A stretch of DNA of 64,000 nt, taken from positions 672,001 through 736,000 of the forward strand of contig CM000433.1 of NCBI GenBank assembly GCA_000165345.1, in the 5' to 3' direction. Position numbers and translations under genes: made by a program. The notes below the pieces were generated by a model that was given only the letters and a program-made list of their open reading frames with translations, did not search any database and had not been told where the DNA came from. Below are positions 20,962 to 40,500 of the stretch, piece after piece; positions within the stretch are counted from its first letter, which is position 1, and each line of letters starts with the position of its first letter.

Positions 20962-21578
20962 TTTTGAAAGGTTGAATTTCGACTAAAACAAAAATAAGAG
21001 GTTAATATTAGGTAGGAGGGCCAATTAGAAGAAAGAAAAGTGTGGTGAAACAAGAGGAAATATATTGAGCAGAAATATAAGTGATAGTCAGTTGTATTTT
21101 TTTGTGTGATAACATTATTACGGGTTTTATTGAGTCAGTAATAACAGTCTTATACTAGTATTAAAAAAAAAAAGAGTAAATAGGCATTTTGATAAATTAA
21201 GGACGGGTAACTTTGATGATAAAGCATTTTTAGCTTAAGGAGAGAGTATTTTGGTCAATTATAAGTTTATGGTTGGCTAATTTTTATGCAGTTTATGTAT
21301 AGAATTCAAAGTGAGTAGCTTTGAATATCAACAAGGGCGAAAGCCCTTTATATATCTATTACTATTGTATATCAATATAATTATTACATTAAATGTCTCT
21401 TAAAAGAATTCAGAGAGGTTTAATTAAAGAAGAATTCAAGAATTCAAGGTAATCTTTGAATGGAATTATTTATTATTTTTTTTTGTTTTAATATGCTGAA
21501 ATGCCTTTTTGATGTTAAATAGGAAAACGAGAGCAGATTAGTATTAGTGAATCTTGTATTATATTAAAAAAATTTAAG

Positions 21579-24500
21579 ATGTCCAAGAGTAAATATGAGG
21601 AGGAATGGGAGGAGAAGTTTGCAAAAAATATTGAAGGTAGCAAGATTAGTAGAGATATCAGTGATATTCTTTATGATATTGAGAAAAGTTGTTTAAAGCC
21701 TTTAATATACTTTTTAAAGTCAATCCCTTCTGGGTTTGCTCCACTTCCACTTCCCTCTCTGGAAGCTATATTGGAGCATAGTGAAAACGAATATGTTTCA
21801 TCTTCTTTTGGAGTTGAGAGAAGTATAGAAAGTGAAATTCGAAACTTAGGGACTAATTTCTGGTTCGATATGGTTATGAGTAATGGATCTGGGCCATTCA
21901 ATTCTAAGCAAATTAATTCTCCAAATGTATTTAATCATTGCTTAGTTAATAAGCTTAAACGTGTTTCTCGTAATGATGATTCAAAGGTAAATGATGAAGA
22001 AAAGGAACATGGTTGCGAAAATAGCACTTCTAATAATCATAATGATGATGATATAAATCATGGTAGTAATCAAGTTAATCAAGAAGATGAAAATTCACAA
22101 TATAAGAGTAAAAACTTTCAGATTGTGATTTCTCTTCAACAAATGTTGCATATTTATAGAATTGGAGGTATTAATAATGAAAATGTTTGGACAGCTTTAT
22201 TTGGAGCACAAATAATGGATCATCAAAGTAATAAAGTAGTTATTAAATATATTATGCCTTCATTTCTTTCAAATCAGATTCTAATGGATGCATATACAAA
22301 CATTATACAGATTTCAGAGCCTCAGAATAATTCAATGCAAATTTATATGTATTGTAGAAATATTTTAAAACATTTTTGTACTGATATTATTACTCCCAGA
22401 ATACTTATACATGCAAATATATTCTTATTATGGAATAGTACATTGAAAGATTTTTTCAATAATAAAACATATGATAAATTTCTCTCTGATATATTTAATA
22501 CAACTTCAGATAATTCACCAAAAGATTCAAATAACTCAAGTAATAATCATAGAAGCTCTTCTGATAGTGTCTTTTCTTTATATTCTGGCTTATTAGGTGG
22601 AACATTACCAAGCTTGCTTTTACTCAAAGTAATTGAGGAGGAATTTGCAAAGTTTAGTGTACTTACTCATTTTTTGATTCGAATCTTTGGTTATTTAGAC
22701 AGAAATAGCTGTCATGTATTTTCAAATTCACCAGATCTGAATATTACAGCTTTGTTGTACTTTTATAAGTGTGTATTCTTTCCATTATCATCATCATTTA
22801 CAGCAGCTTTATTAAATATAATTACAGTTGAGAGAGATTTCTTTGTACAAGCTTGTCTTAGAAGTTTATTTTCTCCAAAAATGAGTGACAAAAATGTATT
22901 TGATTGTATTAAAAGAATTGAGGATAGTGAGAAGGAGATAATAGAAATGGATGAAGTTGATGATGTTGAGGAGATTATATTAGGATCTTTTAGAGGATGT
23001 GAAAGAGGAACATCTTTGATTAAATGCAAAAAGGAGACCCATTTTTCTATTGATATGGATAATATTTATAGTAATTTAACAGTTGATAAGTTTCCTGGTG
23101 AAAGTTATAATAGGGTTTTATTTAATGTAATTAATAATATTATTTTAATAATGAGTAATAACTCAAGTAATAAGATTTTTCTAAAAAGGACAAATACTTC
23201 AGGGATTTATGATGACTATTTGGTTTCCAGATTTGGTAATACATCATCTTCATCTTCCTCTTCCTCTTCTTCAAATTCATCATGTTTTTTGGATAATAAA
23301 CTTAAAATGACTCGAGTTCCCAATTTTAAGATTGAGAAAAGAGTAACAGGGTTAAATAGAACATCAATAACAATAGATCCATATAGAGATTTAGAAGAAA
23401 ACCTTTTAGGTTTAAATAAAAGTTGTAAGATTTCTGGATTATTTTGGTTTCCACAGGAAGAAATCGATCAAACAGTATATAAGAATACGGTAGAAGAACC
23501 ATTTTTAAGAGGAACTTTGTATTACTATTATAATAGACTTGATGGTTTATTTGGATTTTTAGATTTGAAGCAAAGTTGTATGTTGGTCAACAGTATTTTA
23601 TTAAACGAAGAAAAAAGAGTTGTGAAAATCTTTCCAAAAAGATCTCATGCAGGATTTTTTAAACTTTTAGAGAGTGTATTGTTTTACTTTTTATCAAGAA
23701 AGCTGTTGGAGTCATATAAACAGAGTGTTTGTGGTATAATATTTCTAAATAAGAAAGAGATGAATGGTAACGATGTGGAATTATTAGATAGAAATGATAA
23801 GAATCTAAAATTTTGTTCTTTATTCAAGGGAAGTATTAGATCTTATATTAATAATGATAATTACTGTGCATTAAGATCAATTTACTTGTTGTTCTTAAAG
23901 GATACTTTAAGATCAAACTCTCATAATATTTTAAATAAGATATTATTAAAATCTGAGACTTGTAGTCGCCACAAGAAGTTAGAATTTCCAATAGGAAATC
24001 TTCAAATAGATATTTCAAAACTATCAAGTTCAATAGGAACAAGCACAAACAACCAAAATGGATCAAATAATAAATCAATTTCTACTGGCTCATCCAGACA
24101 GTCTTGCTTTGTATATTTAGCTTATGTAATATATGAATCAATAATAGAAGATGTCTGGAAAGTAATGAAAATTGAGAATGATGATTTATTAAAGAGCGAG
24201 AAGAATAACTCAATAAGAATGAGTGATAGATTTCTTAGTATTCAAATAATACTATCAATGTTGAAAAGATATAGAAGATTTGTCAAGATTTCTTTTGAAA
24301 ATGACAAAGTATTAAAAAAGATAATACATAGAGCATTCTATGATGGGCTTATATTACATCTCCAAAACTCAATTTCTCCAAACAATTACAATTTAGTTTT
24401 ATTCATGCTTTCCGCATGGATAGCTTCTTTTATTGACAATAGAATAATTCAAATTCACAGTATTTTTTCCCTTTTCAATGATGGAAAGCTTATAAATTGT

Positions 24501-25710
24501 ATAAATAGCTCAAATTGTGGTGGGTTTTCAATCGGTATTCAAGGAAAACCACAACTACAGAAGAAATCAACTCTAAGGGTTTTTTCAAAGTTTGTTTTTG
24601 ATTGGTTTAATAAATTCCTTGTAATTAGGTACTTGAATTACCAGGAATTGAATGAAATTGAAGAGATAATTTCAAATGGAATATTAATTATTGAGAAGAT
24701 TATTGAATCCAAAGACTTCTCAAAGATTTGTAATATTCTCATTAACAATATAATCAATAGTGTTTCTTTAATTAAACTACTTCCAAACTTTGAAGTAATA
24801 ATCTCATTATACAAAGACAGACTTTGTAAAAGATTACTAAATATAAATATGTTAGGCGCCAATCCAAACTTGACAAATGCGCGGGAAATTGCATGCATGG
24901 GGTTACAAGTTTGTTTGGAGCATTTTGTATTACTTTGTTTGGAGGAGAGTAGAGGAGTAGATGGGGACTTTAATTATTTGGGTGGAGAGGCGGGGATTAA
25001 TGACTTACTTTCAGCAATTGAGAATGATCGAAGTTGTTGGATGGAGACATTTCCAGGAAATTTGAGTGTAGAGGGTTACGAGAGTGAGAAAGCGAACAAA
25101 TCTTATTTGAATGATGATCGAATAGTTGGGGATTCAATGAATGTATCATTAAACAGCCTGAGGTCTTTGCTGGAGGATTTTTTGAGATCAATGTTTTCCA
25201 GAAGGAAAATAAATCATGAATTTCAAGTATTTTTAACAAGTAGTTTTAATTGGAGAAAAATGAATAACTATGTACTAACTCCAGTAGTTATGAGCAGATC
25301 TTCCTTTGATGATGAGATTAGTCAGAAGACAAATTCCGAGGAATTTTTGTATGGTTATTGTAATAATAATAAAAATTACAAGGATGTGAATATACCAGAA
25401 AAGATTAAGAAAGAAATTTCAAGATTTGAGTCTGAATATAAAAAAGAATTCCCCCATAGAAAGATTAATTGGCTCTGGGAGAATGGATTTGTAGTTTTGG
25501 AAGCCAAAGGTTTTAAGGCAAAAGTTTTAATTAATAAAAAAGAAGTAATTGGTGAATTAGTCAACTTTACTGTCATTTCTTCATTGTCAGTTTCTATCAT
25601 TTTGCTAAGAATGGGTGAATTTAAAGAAGGCCAGGAAATTACATTGGGAGATTTAGTTGATTATACGTGTTTGCCAATGATTGAGGTTGCGAGAGTATTG
25701 TTGAGTTTGT
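21579..25710 (+). CDS. Large hypothetical protein of at least 1377 aa. Its 3' end is lost in the partially N-masked block that begins at 25711.
   Basis: The ORF is uninterrupted from the ATG at 21579 and runs into the masked bases; the C-terminus cannot be determined. No family was assigned. Confidence 0.55.
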
Positions 25711-26481
25711 NNNNTNCNANTCNGAANTNNNTNAANNNTTNTNANCNNANTAANNNTCNNTNNAAANTANNNATNCNANTANCNNNNNANNANATTNTAT
25801 CATNNNNNNNNTTNGNNNAATNNAGANNNNNTNNTCNTNNTNTNTNANNNTATTNTNNANANTTGNGANNNNNTNANANTNTNTNANNANAANNTTNNNN
25901 TANGNNNCANNNTNNTTNNNNATNAACNTNCNTTTTTANNNNTNANNTNTTCNTCTTTATGATTNTTAANNTCNNTTNNNATANNCNNNGNTTNNNNAAN
26001 AANTCANNTTTANNNTNNTNANNNNNTTNNNNTTCTNTCNNATTNTNAATANNTATATNAATTANAACGANNTNNNTNANGNANNACNNNTNTATTNAAN
26101 NNTNAATNTTNNNNNTNATTTNNAATAAGNATAAGANNNNANTTTNNATNTNTNTNAANANNTTNTGGNNNTCCNGATTNATTGTNNTANATNNAATNNA
26201 NNNNANTNANTACANNATTNTNATTNTTNTCCAAANNTNATNNNATTANGCNTATCCAATAAAGCAGATGAACAATTNTGATTNTNTTNGNAATTATNAA
26301 TNCAAANCTANCANNTTNATATATAGANNTAANTNNNGTNNANNATNTNACGAGTCTNATAANTTNGANANCTNNANTNNNTTCAATNNTACTTAANANT
26401 NANAAANATTCNNTNNANNNTCAANNTCTNCAATTATACNTTTANNAGTNNTNTNANTNNTNTCNTGTTTAATAATTNCTC

Positions 26482-26505
<24 letters not shown>
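25711..26505. other. Partially N-masked, low-quality block. Both the midasin gene (minus strand) and the 21579 gene (plus strand) terminate inside it.
   Basis: About half the bases are n, interleaved with called bases. ORFs on both sides become runs of X in translation. Confidence 0.9.
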
Positions 26506-35163
<8,658 letters not shown>

Positions 35164-35496
35164 TGTTTAACTTTTTTTTTCTTCTTCTTCTTCCTCTAGC
35201 TATTTTGTTACTTCTCCACGTCTATATAACTTAGTTTACTTGGAATTATTTCGCATTTATCAACTATTTACAAAATTTCAATTATTTCTAGCTTTAAATA
35301 CTAAATAAGTACTTAATTCTTCAACTCCTTTCTTGAATTAAACTTCTTTCTCCTTCCTAAATTATCACTTATCAAACCTTGATTACCTTATTCTTTGTAA
35401 TTTTGTCATTAAATGACATATGAATTGCCCGCCATTTATTTATTATTATTTAAGAATTTTTTTCAAGGGCATGACAAAAATTAAGAATTACAAAAA

Positions 35497-35508
35497 TACC
35501 CGCCCAAT
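35497..35508 (+). promoter_or_regulatory. CCCGCC element (ACCCGCCCAATT) about 65-75 nt upstream of the U5 snRNA start; candidate snRNA proximal sequence element.
   Basis: It sits in the same position and has the same core as the element upstream of U4. Confidence 0.3.
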
Positions 35509-35571
35509 TATAACCATCATTAAGACGTGTTAATAAATTATTATTATTTTTTTAATTCAGGCCAAAATTAC

Positions 35572-35690
35572 ACCGTACTGATGTGATATCTCGTACCAAT
35601 CTTTCGCCTTTTACTAAAGATTGCCGTGTCACATCAGCTTGGTAGTTATTACCAGGTCATAATATTTGGGGAGTTTCTACACTCCGACAA
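35572..35690 (+). ncRNA. U5: U5 spliceosomal snRNA. The ends are approximate.
   Basis: 35596..35625 reads AATCTTTCGCCTTTTACTAAAGATTGCCGTG, matching the invariant U5 loop-1 region (human AUCUUUCGCCUUUUACUAAAGAUUUCCGUG). The closing stem CAATCTTT/AAAGATTG leaves the 11-nt loop CGCCUUUUACU. An outer stem pairs CTGATGTGA (35578..35586) with TCACATCAG (35629..35637). A Sm-like AUAAUAUUUGG follows at 35659..35669, then a 3' hairpin GGAGU-UUCUAC-ACUCC (35670..35685). The local segment is GC-rich against an AT-rich background. Confidence 0.7.
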
Positions 35691-36005
35691 CAATAAAACC
35701 AATGTATCATTTAAATTATCCCTTGAATTTAGGTTCTCTTTCTCAGCGTTCTTTCGTGTTTCTGCCGCTTGCATGCACTTGGGTACATGTGACGTTGTGC
35801 ATGCCTCCTCTCTTTGCCCACTCACTGCCAGGGATTCCTATACCGGCATTGCAAATCATCCACATGCAGCCGGGTTGTCAGGAGTGTTGACGTGTCAGGG
35901 CGCCAGCCCCCTACCTGTACATTAGCATGTATGGAGGACAAATATAACTAGGACACTAAAGGCAAGACTACTTCAAGGCTAACTACATTAAGTGATACGT
36001 TGGTT

Positions 36006-36153
36006 TTATTGTAGCCCTAGAGGGCCCCAGAAATTGCCATTAATCTATTAGAGAATAGAATAATAGAAGTTTAAATTGGTGTAGTTTTCAACTAGCAGAA
36101 ATCGCACATCCGCTGAGCGTCATTTGTAACGATATCTCCCCTTGCGTAAGGCT
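36006..36153 (-). ncRNA. U4: U4 spliceosomal snRNA. The ends are approximate.
   Basis: The minus strand reads AGCCUUACGCAAGGGGAGAUAUCGUUACAAAUGACGCUCAGCGGAUGUGCGAUUUCUGCUAGUUGAAAACUACACCAAUU...UAAUGGCAAUUUCUGGGGCCCUCUAGGGCUACAAU. Human U4 is AGCUUUGCGCAGUGGCAGUAUCGUAGCCAAUGAGG...CGCGAUUAUUGCUAAUUGAAAACUUUUCCCAAU...GGCAAUUUUUGACAGUCUCUACGGAGACUGG. The shared parts are the 5' AGC..UGCGCA, a k-turn-like AAUGA 5' stem-loop, the U6-pairing UGCUAnUUGAAAAC, a Sm site AAUUUCUGG and a terminal hairpin. The length of about 148 nt is close to human U4 at 145 nt. Confidence 0.65.
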
Positions 36154-36216
36154 AATTCTCACCTAAATGAATTTTCTCAAACTTAATTTTTAATACTACT
36201 AAATGATGGGTCTCAA

Positions 36217-36228
36217 ATGGCGGGCAAA
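36217..36228. promoter_or_regulatory. GGCGGG/CCCGCC element (ATGGCGGGCAAA). It lies about 65-75 nt upstream of the U4 snRNA start on the minus strand and about 110 nt upstream of the USB1 ATG. It is a candidate snRNA proximal sequence element, or an E2F-like site.
   Basis: Read on the U4 strand the motif is TTTGCCCGCCATTTG. A nearly identical TTGCCCGCCATTT occurs at 35422..35434, and ACCCGCCCAATT occurs at 35497..35508, about 65-75 nt upstream of U5. Confidence 0.35.
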
Positions 36229-36336
36229 GTTACAAATGAGTCAAAATATAACAATCTAAAAAAAATAAAGTCAACAATAGCCAATTTAATATTATATTTG
36301 GTTTTATATTGAATTAAATATTGTTTTTTCCACCAA

Positions 36337-37521
36337 ATGTACAAAGATGAAGAAAAAGAAAGTAAAAATAGTTATCATGGAAATGGTGAAAGCTTGAATT
36401 CTGATTCCTATATTTTAAAAAGTGACGAAATTGAAACAATAAGATCTTTAATAAAAGGAAAAAGAAAAGAATTAATTTTAGAAGAAAATGATAAAAACAA
36501 TAATCAAATAAGACCTTCAAAGATGAAAAGAAAGGAAACTCATAAAAATGATCTTAAAAATGGTTCTATTGAGGAAATAACAAAACCAAAAATACGAGAT
36601 TACTTTACATGTATGTTATTTATTACATTGAAATTTCAAGATATCTTTACAAAGAAAAATTCGGAAATTATAATTGGAGAGTTAAATTTTAATGAACTAT
36701 TTATCAAATTTTCATTAAATATCTTAACTGAGGTATATAAAAAATACTATTACAAAGCAGAAATTTCTTCTGAAAAACCTAAAATATATCCAACTTTTGA
36801 TTTTCAAGAAATTAAAAAAAATCCAAATGGACAAAAGATATATAACAATATTTGCTCTAATTCTAACTTTGATCTTATTGTTAATGATACAAATTATCAA
36901 GTAAATCAAAGAGTTGGATTACATTTAAGCTTAACAAGAAATCATCATATTAGTAAGAAATTATCAATCAAATTTTTGGAAAATATTATCAAAAAATTCA
37001 ATAATTGCCTGGATATTAATAATGAAATTCCAGAAAAAGCCTTTATATCACAAAGAATTGAAATTCAAACTAAATTAAAATCCTTTTGTATTCTTTTAGA
37101 CTATGATTCTGTTATTATTTTGAAAAATACATACCTATATTCCAAAAATACTAATATTAATGGTGGTATCTTTGTAGCAATTCAAATTCATCATTCAAGC
37201 AAAATTAATTACTTGAATCCTATTATTGAAATTATTGATCAAGCTTGTATTGATTTAGGTATACAACCACTTTATTCTGAAAGAGTTTTCCATATTTCAT
37301 TATTTTATATTAAAAAGTCTGATCTATATTTGGGAAATGCTGGCCATAATTCCAAAAGTGTAATTGAAACTTACAACTTTAAAGAATATCTTTCATCTAA
37401 ACTCATTTCTTCTTCTATTAATGATTTCTCAACCCTAACCACAAAAAATAATATCGTTTGGATTAATAAACTTGTATTCAGAGTTGGAATATATGAGTAC
37501 TATTTACTTCTTGATTCTTGA
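36337..37521 (+). CDS. USB1: Usb1/Mpn1-like U6 snRNA phosphodiesterase (2H phosphoesterase, LigT-like), 394 aa.
   Basis: Two H-x-S-x motifs sit at the spacing expected for a 2H fold: GLHLSLTRNHHISK and RVFHISLFYIKK (family motifs HLSL and HVSL). The N-terminus is K/E-rich. Identification is by motif only. Confidence 0.5.
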   Translation: MYKDEEKESKNSYHGNGESLNSDSYILKSDEIETIRSLIKGKRKELILEENDKNNNQIRPSKMKRKETHKNDLKNGSIEEITKPKIRDYFTCMLFITLKFQDIFTKKNSEIIIGELNFNELFIKFSLNILTEVYKKYYYKAEISSEKPKIYPTFDFQEIKKNPNGQKIYNNICSNSNFDLIVNDTNYQVNQRVGLHLSLTRNHHISKKLSIKFLENIIKKFNNCLDINNEIPEKAFISQRIEIQTKLKSFCILLDYDSVIILKNTYLYSKNTNINGGIFVAIQIHHSSKINYLNPIIEIIDQACIDLGIQPLYSERVFHISLFYIKKSDLYLGNAGHNSKSVIETYNFKEYLSSKLISSSINDFSTLTTKNNIVWINKLVFRVGIYEYYLLLDS

Positions 37522-37548
37522 TATATTTTATACTACTTCTTATTTAAT

Positions 37549-40500
37549 CTAACTCTTTTGAGTTCTTGTTCTTGGAACAATTTGGAAAGTTACTCTAGTC
37601 TTGAAAACGACTTTCTCATCCAATTCACTTATTATACAATAAATTGTGAAAGTCTTTCTGTTCATCTGAACTAACTGTCCTCCATATGGCATCACCAAAT
37701 CTTCCCTATTATTATTATTCTTTAATAACTCCTTTGCAATCATATCTATTTCAATTCCAGTTCCACCTCCAGCTTTTCCTAAACTTCCCAAGTTATTATC
37801 AGATTCATTTGATAAATTTTTAATATTATTCAATAATTTTTTTTGAGACTTATTCATTCCCGTATTAATATCACTGCTATTACTATTATTCATCGTTTGG
37901 TTTGCTCCTTCATTCATATTAATTATAGAATTCCTAATTAAAGAAGAATGCCTCTCATCATTTTCCAAAGTACTTGAGACTCTCCTAATATATCCAATTT
38001 TGTTCTGAGTATGAGCTGGAATTGTTCCAGAAATTATACCAGTTTCTGTTGAAAATGTTAATCCAGTATATTTTGGTAATGCTGGTTTAATACACCATCT
38101 TTTGCTTACATCATCTTCAATGAATATATTATGTTGCTGATTAATTATTCCTTTAGAGCAATAGAATATTGGCTCTAAATTTACTTGATCTTGACTATAA
38201 AATGTTATACAAGGTCTTGGATCGTTAACATCTGATCTAAATTTACTTGGAAGAGAATATCCAATCTTTAATATTGGACCCTTTTCTGTAATTATTATCA
38301 GTCCATTCGGAGTACCTCCTGTTCCTCCTCCCTTGTTATAATTCTTATTCTTACTAATTATTCTTGAGCTTGATTTCTTCTCCCTTAAAACCAATATATT
38401 CTCAGAATTTGAAGAATATTGAGAATCTTCGCCTAATTCAATCTGTGACATTGATGTTTCAATATCTCCTCCCATAATATCTTCAATCCTTTCTTTCATT
38501 CTTTCTTCAATCTCTTTACTATCCTGTGAAGCTCCTGTTTGTAATCCAACAGCACCAACAATTGCTAATACTGATTGTACTGCAGTACTTAATTCATTTC
38601 TCATACCTTCAAAAGTCTTTATTGCTATACCTACAAAAATACAAAATAATAATAATGAAGCTGATGTTGCCATTATTATTAATCCTTGTCTCTCATAACT
38701 TAGTCCTACATGATCATGAACTAATTGTGGTAAGAATAATCCAAAAAGTACTTCAAATCCATCCAATAATTCCTGTAAATCTAGTGATTTATCTTGATTT
38801 AAATCCATTAAATCAAACATTCTTTTTACTTCTCTTACTGGAAGCTGAATCCTCATATTATTTAATAATTCACAAAGTAAATCAAATGATAATCCTTCTT
38901 TACTTAAAGCTGCTAATATTGAAACCATATCTCCTGGACGTATTAAACCATATCTATTACTATATTCCAAACATTTTGATGTTGCTTCAATTATTGATGA
39001 TTCTGGCTTTTCTAGATGTAAACCAATATTTAATACTACTTTAATTGCTTCTGGCCATAATCCTGTCATTAATTTTTTTGGAAGTAATCTTCTAACTGAA
39101 TCAATGTTTATTACTACTCCTTCCATTGGATCCATTCCTGTTGGATCCATTAATATTCTTAAGTGAACTGATTCTTTTAGATTATTTCTAATCTTACTCT
39201 TTCTAATATAGGATTCCATATTTTCCATGGAGTCTTCAAATTGATTCATTAAATTATTACCAATCTTTTTATCTCTCCTAAATCTTCCTCCTATAGACAT
39301 TCTTTTTGAGAATTTCTTTTTAGATGAAGAACCTAATTCACCTTCTATTTGATATCCTGGTTTAAGCTTATATTTGCTTTCACCTCCTATTTTATCTTTT
39401 TCAGCTATTCCTTCACCAAAAGCCTCATAGTGTTCAAATCCTTTATTATGAATACCAATCAATCCACCTCCTCTATTCATGAGCTGTTGTTCACTATTAT
39501 ATTCATCTCGTTCATAATCCTCATCTTCATACATATAATGTTCCTCACCTTTCCTATTTCCTCTAGCTCTTAAATACTTATTCATTCCATCTTCCAATAC
39601 ACCTCTTGAATTCATCTGTTCATCTTCTTCTGCTTCTCTTTCCATATTTTTCCCATAATCCCTATATGGTACTATAAAAGAAGTAATATTTAAAGGATCT
39701 TTTGGTAAACTTTTCCAAATTGATTCCACTCCAGAATTTGGAATTGTTATCTTAGCCAAAGCTAAAAACCTTCTTAGCATTTCATGAGTAAAATATCCTC
39801 TATAAGAATGAACATCTTGAGCATCAAAATGTTGCTTGTTTTGGTTAGTTACCTCATATAAAGACGATTTGAATGTACCACTAATCAAATTACTTCCAGA
39901 AATTGTCATTCCTACTCCTCTAAATAACCCTGTACCTCCATAAGTTGTATTATTCACACTATTTTCATTACTATTACTACCCTTATTGACATTATTATTA
40001 GTGCTATTATTAGGATTATTACAACCAACATTACTCATTCTTCTTCCACTCAAGTATTCTTCTTCTCCATTATTCTTATAAATTGGTTGAAGATAAACCA
40101 TAATAATGAAATCTCTTGCTAAAGAAGCATTAACAAATGGTCTTACAGTTCCCATATTCAAATTCAAACATAATAACAACCATAATATATAACTTTGGAG
40201 TTTATGACTTGAGAATCCCAAAGTAGTTAAAGTTGTATCAAATATATCAAATGATATGTTAAAATCTACCATCTTGTTACTACTACCTGTCATCTTCTCA
40301 AAGTAGTCATCCTGATTCTTGTTGATCATTTTCTTATTGTTACTCGTTACTCCTTCATCTTCATTTGTATCCTGTATATTATTGTTATTGAGTTGATTAA
40401 AGTTATTACTTTGTGATCTACTAAATAGCAAAAGTTTACCTTGCTCAATTTCACCCTTGTTAGATCCTTTTTGACCACCAGAACTCTTATTTACACTTTC

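Noticed and set aside
21333-21348. Perfect hairpin AAGGGC-GAAA-GCCCTT (GNRA tetraloop) upstream of the 21579 gene.
   Set aside because: It is a single short stem with no flanking conservation that I can assess. It could be chance in a 64-kb window, so I mention it only as a minor curiosity.
26010-26259. ORFs composed mostly of X residues, and similar ORFs at 61981..62466.
   Set aside because: They are artefacts of translating N-masked sequence.
35626-35925. Two ORFs of 99 and 74 aa inside the GC-rich island.
   Set aside because: They overlap the U5 snRNA and structured GC-rich non-coding sequence. They have no coding-like composition and no start context, so they are most likely spurious.
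36060-36160. Possible U1 or U6 snRNA, suggested by GGGGAGAUA and GGAUGUGC...GAUUUC similarities to U1 and an AUUAGCAUG match to U6.
   Set aside because: The essential U1 5' end ACUUACCUG, the U1-70K loop and the U6 ACAGAGA/AGC boxes are all absent. The same sequence aligns much better with U4, including UGCUAGUUGAAAAC and the k-turn AAUGA stem-loop.
38526-39044. 172-aa ORF (L/I/Y-rich) and several other ORFs of 60-135 aa lying antisense within the giant membrane-protein, midasin and starch-synthase genes.
   Set aside because: They are antisense to long, well-supported CDSs and have low-complexity, AT-codon-driven composition typical of shadow ORFs.
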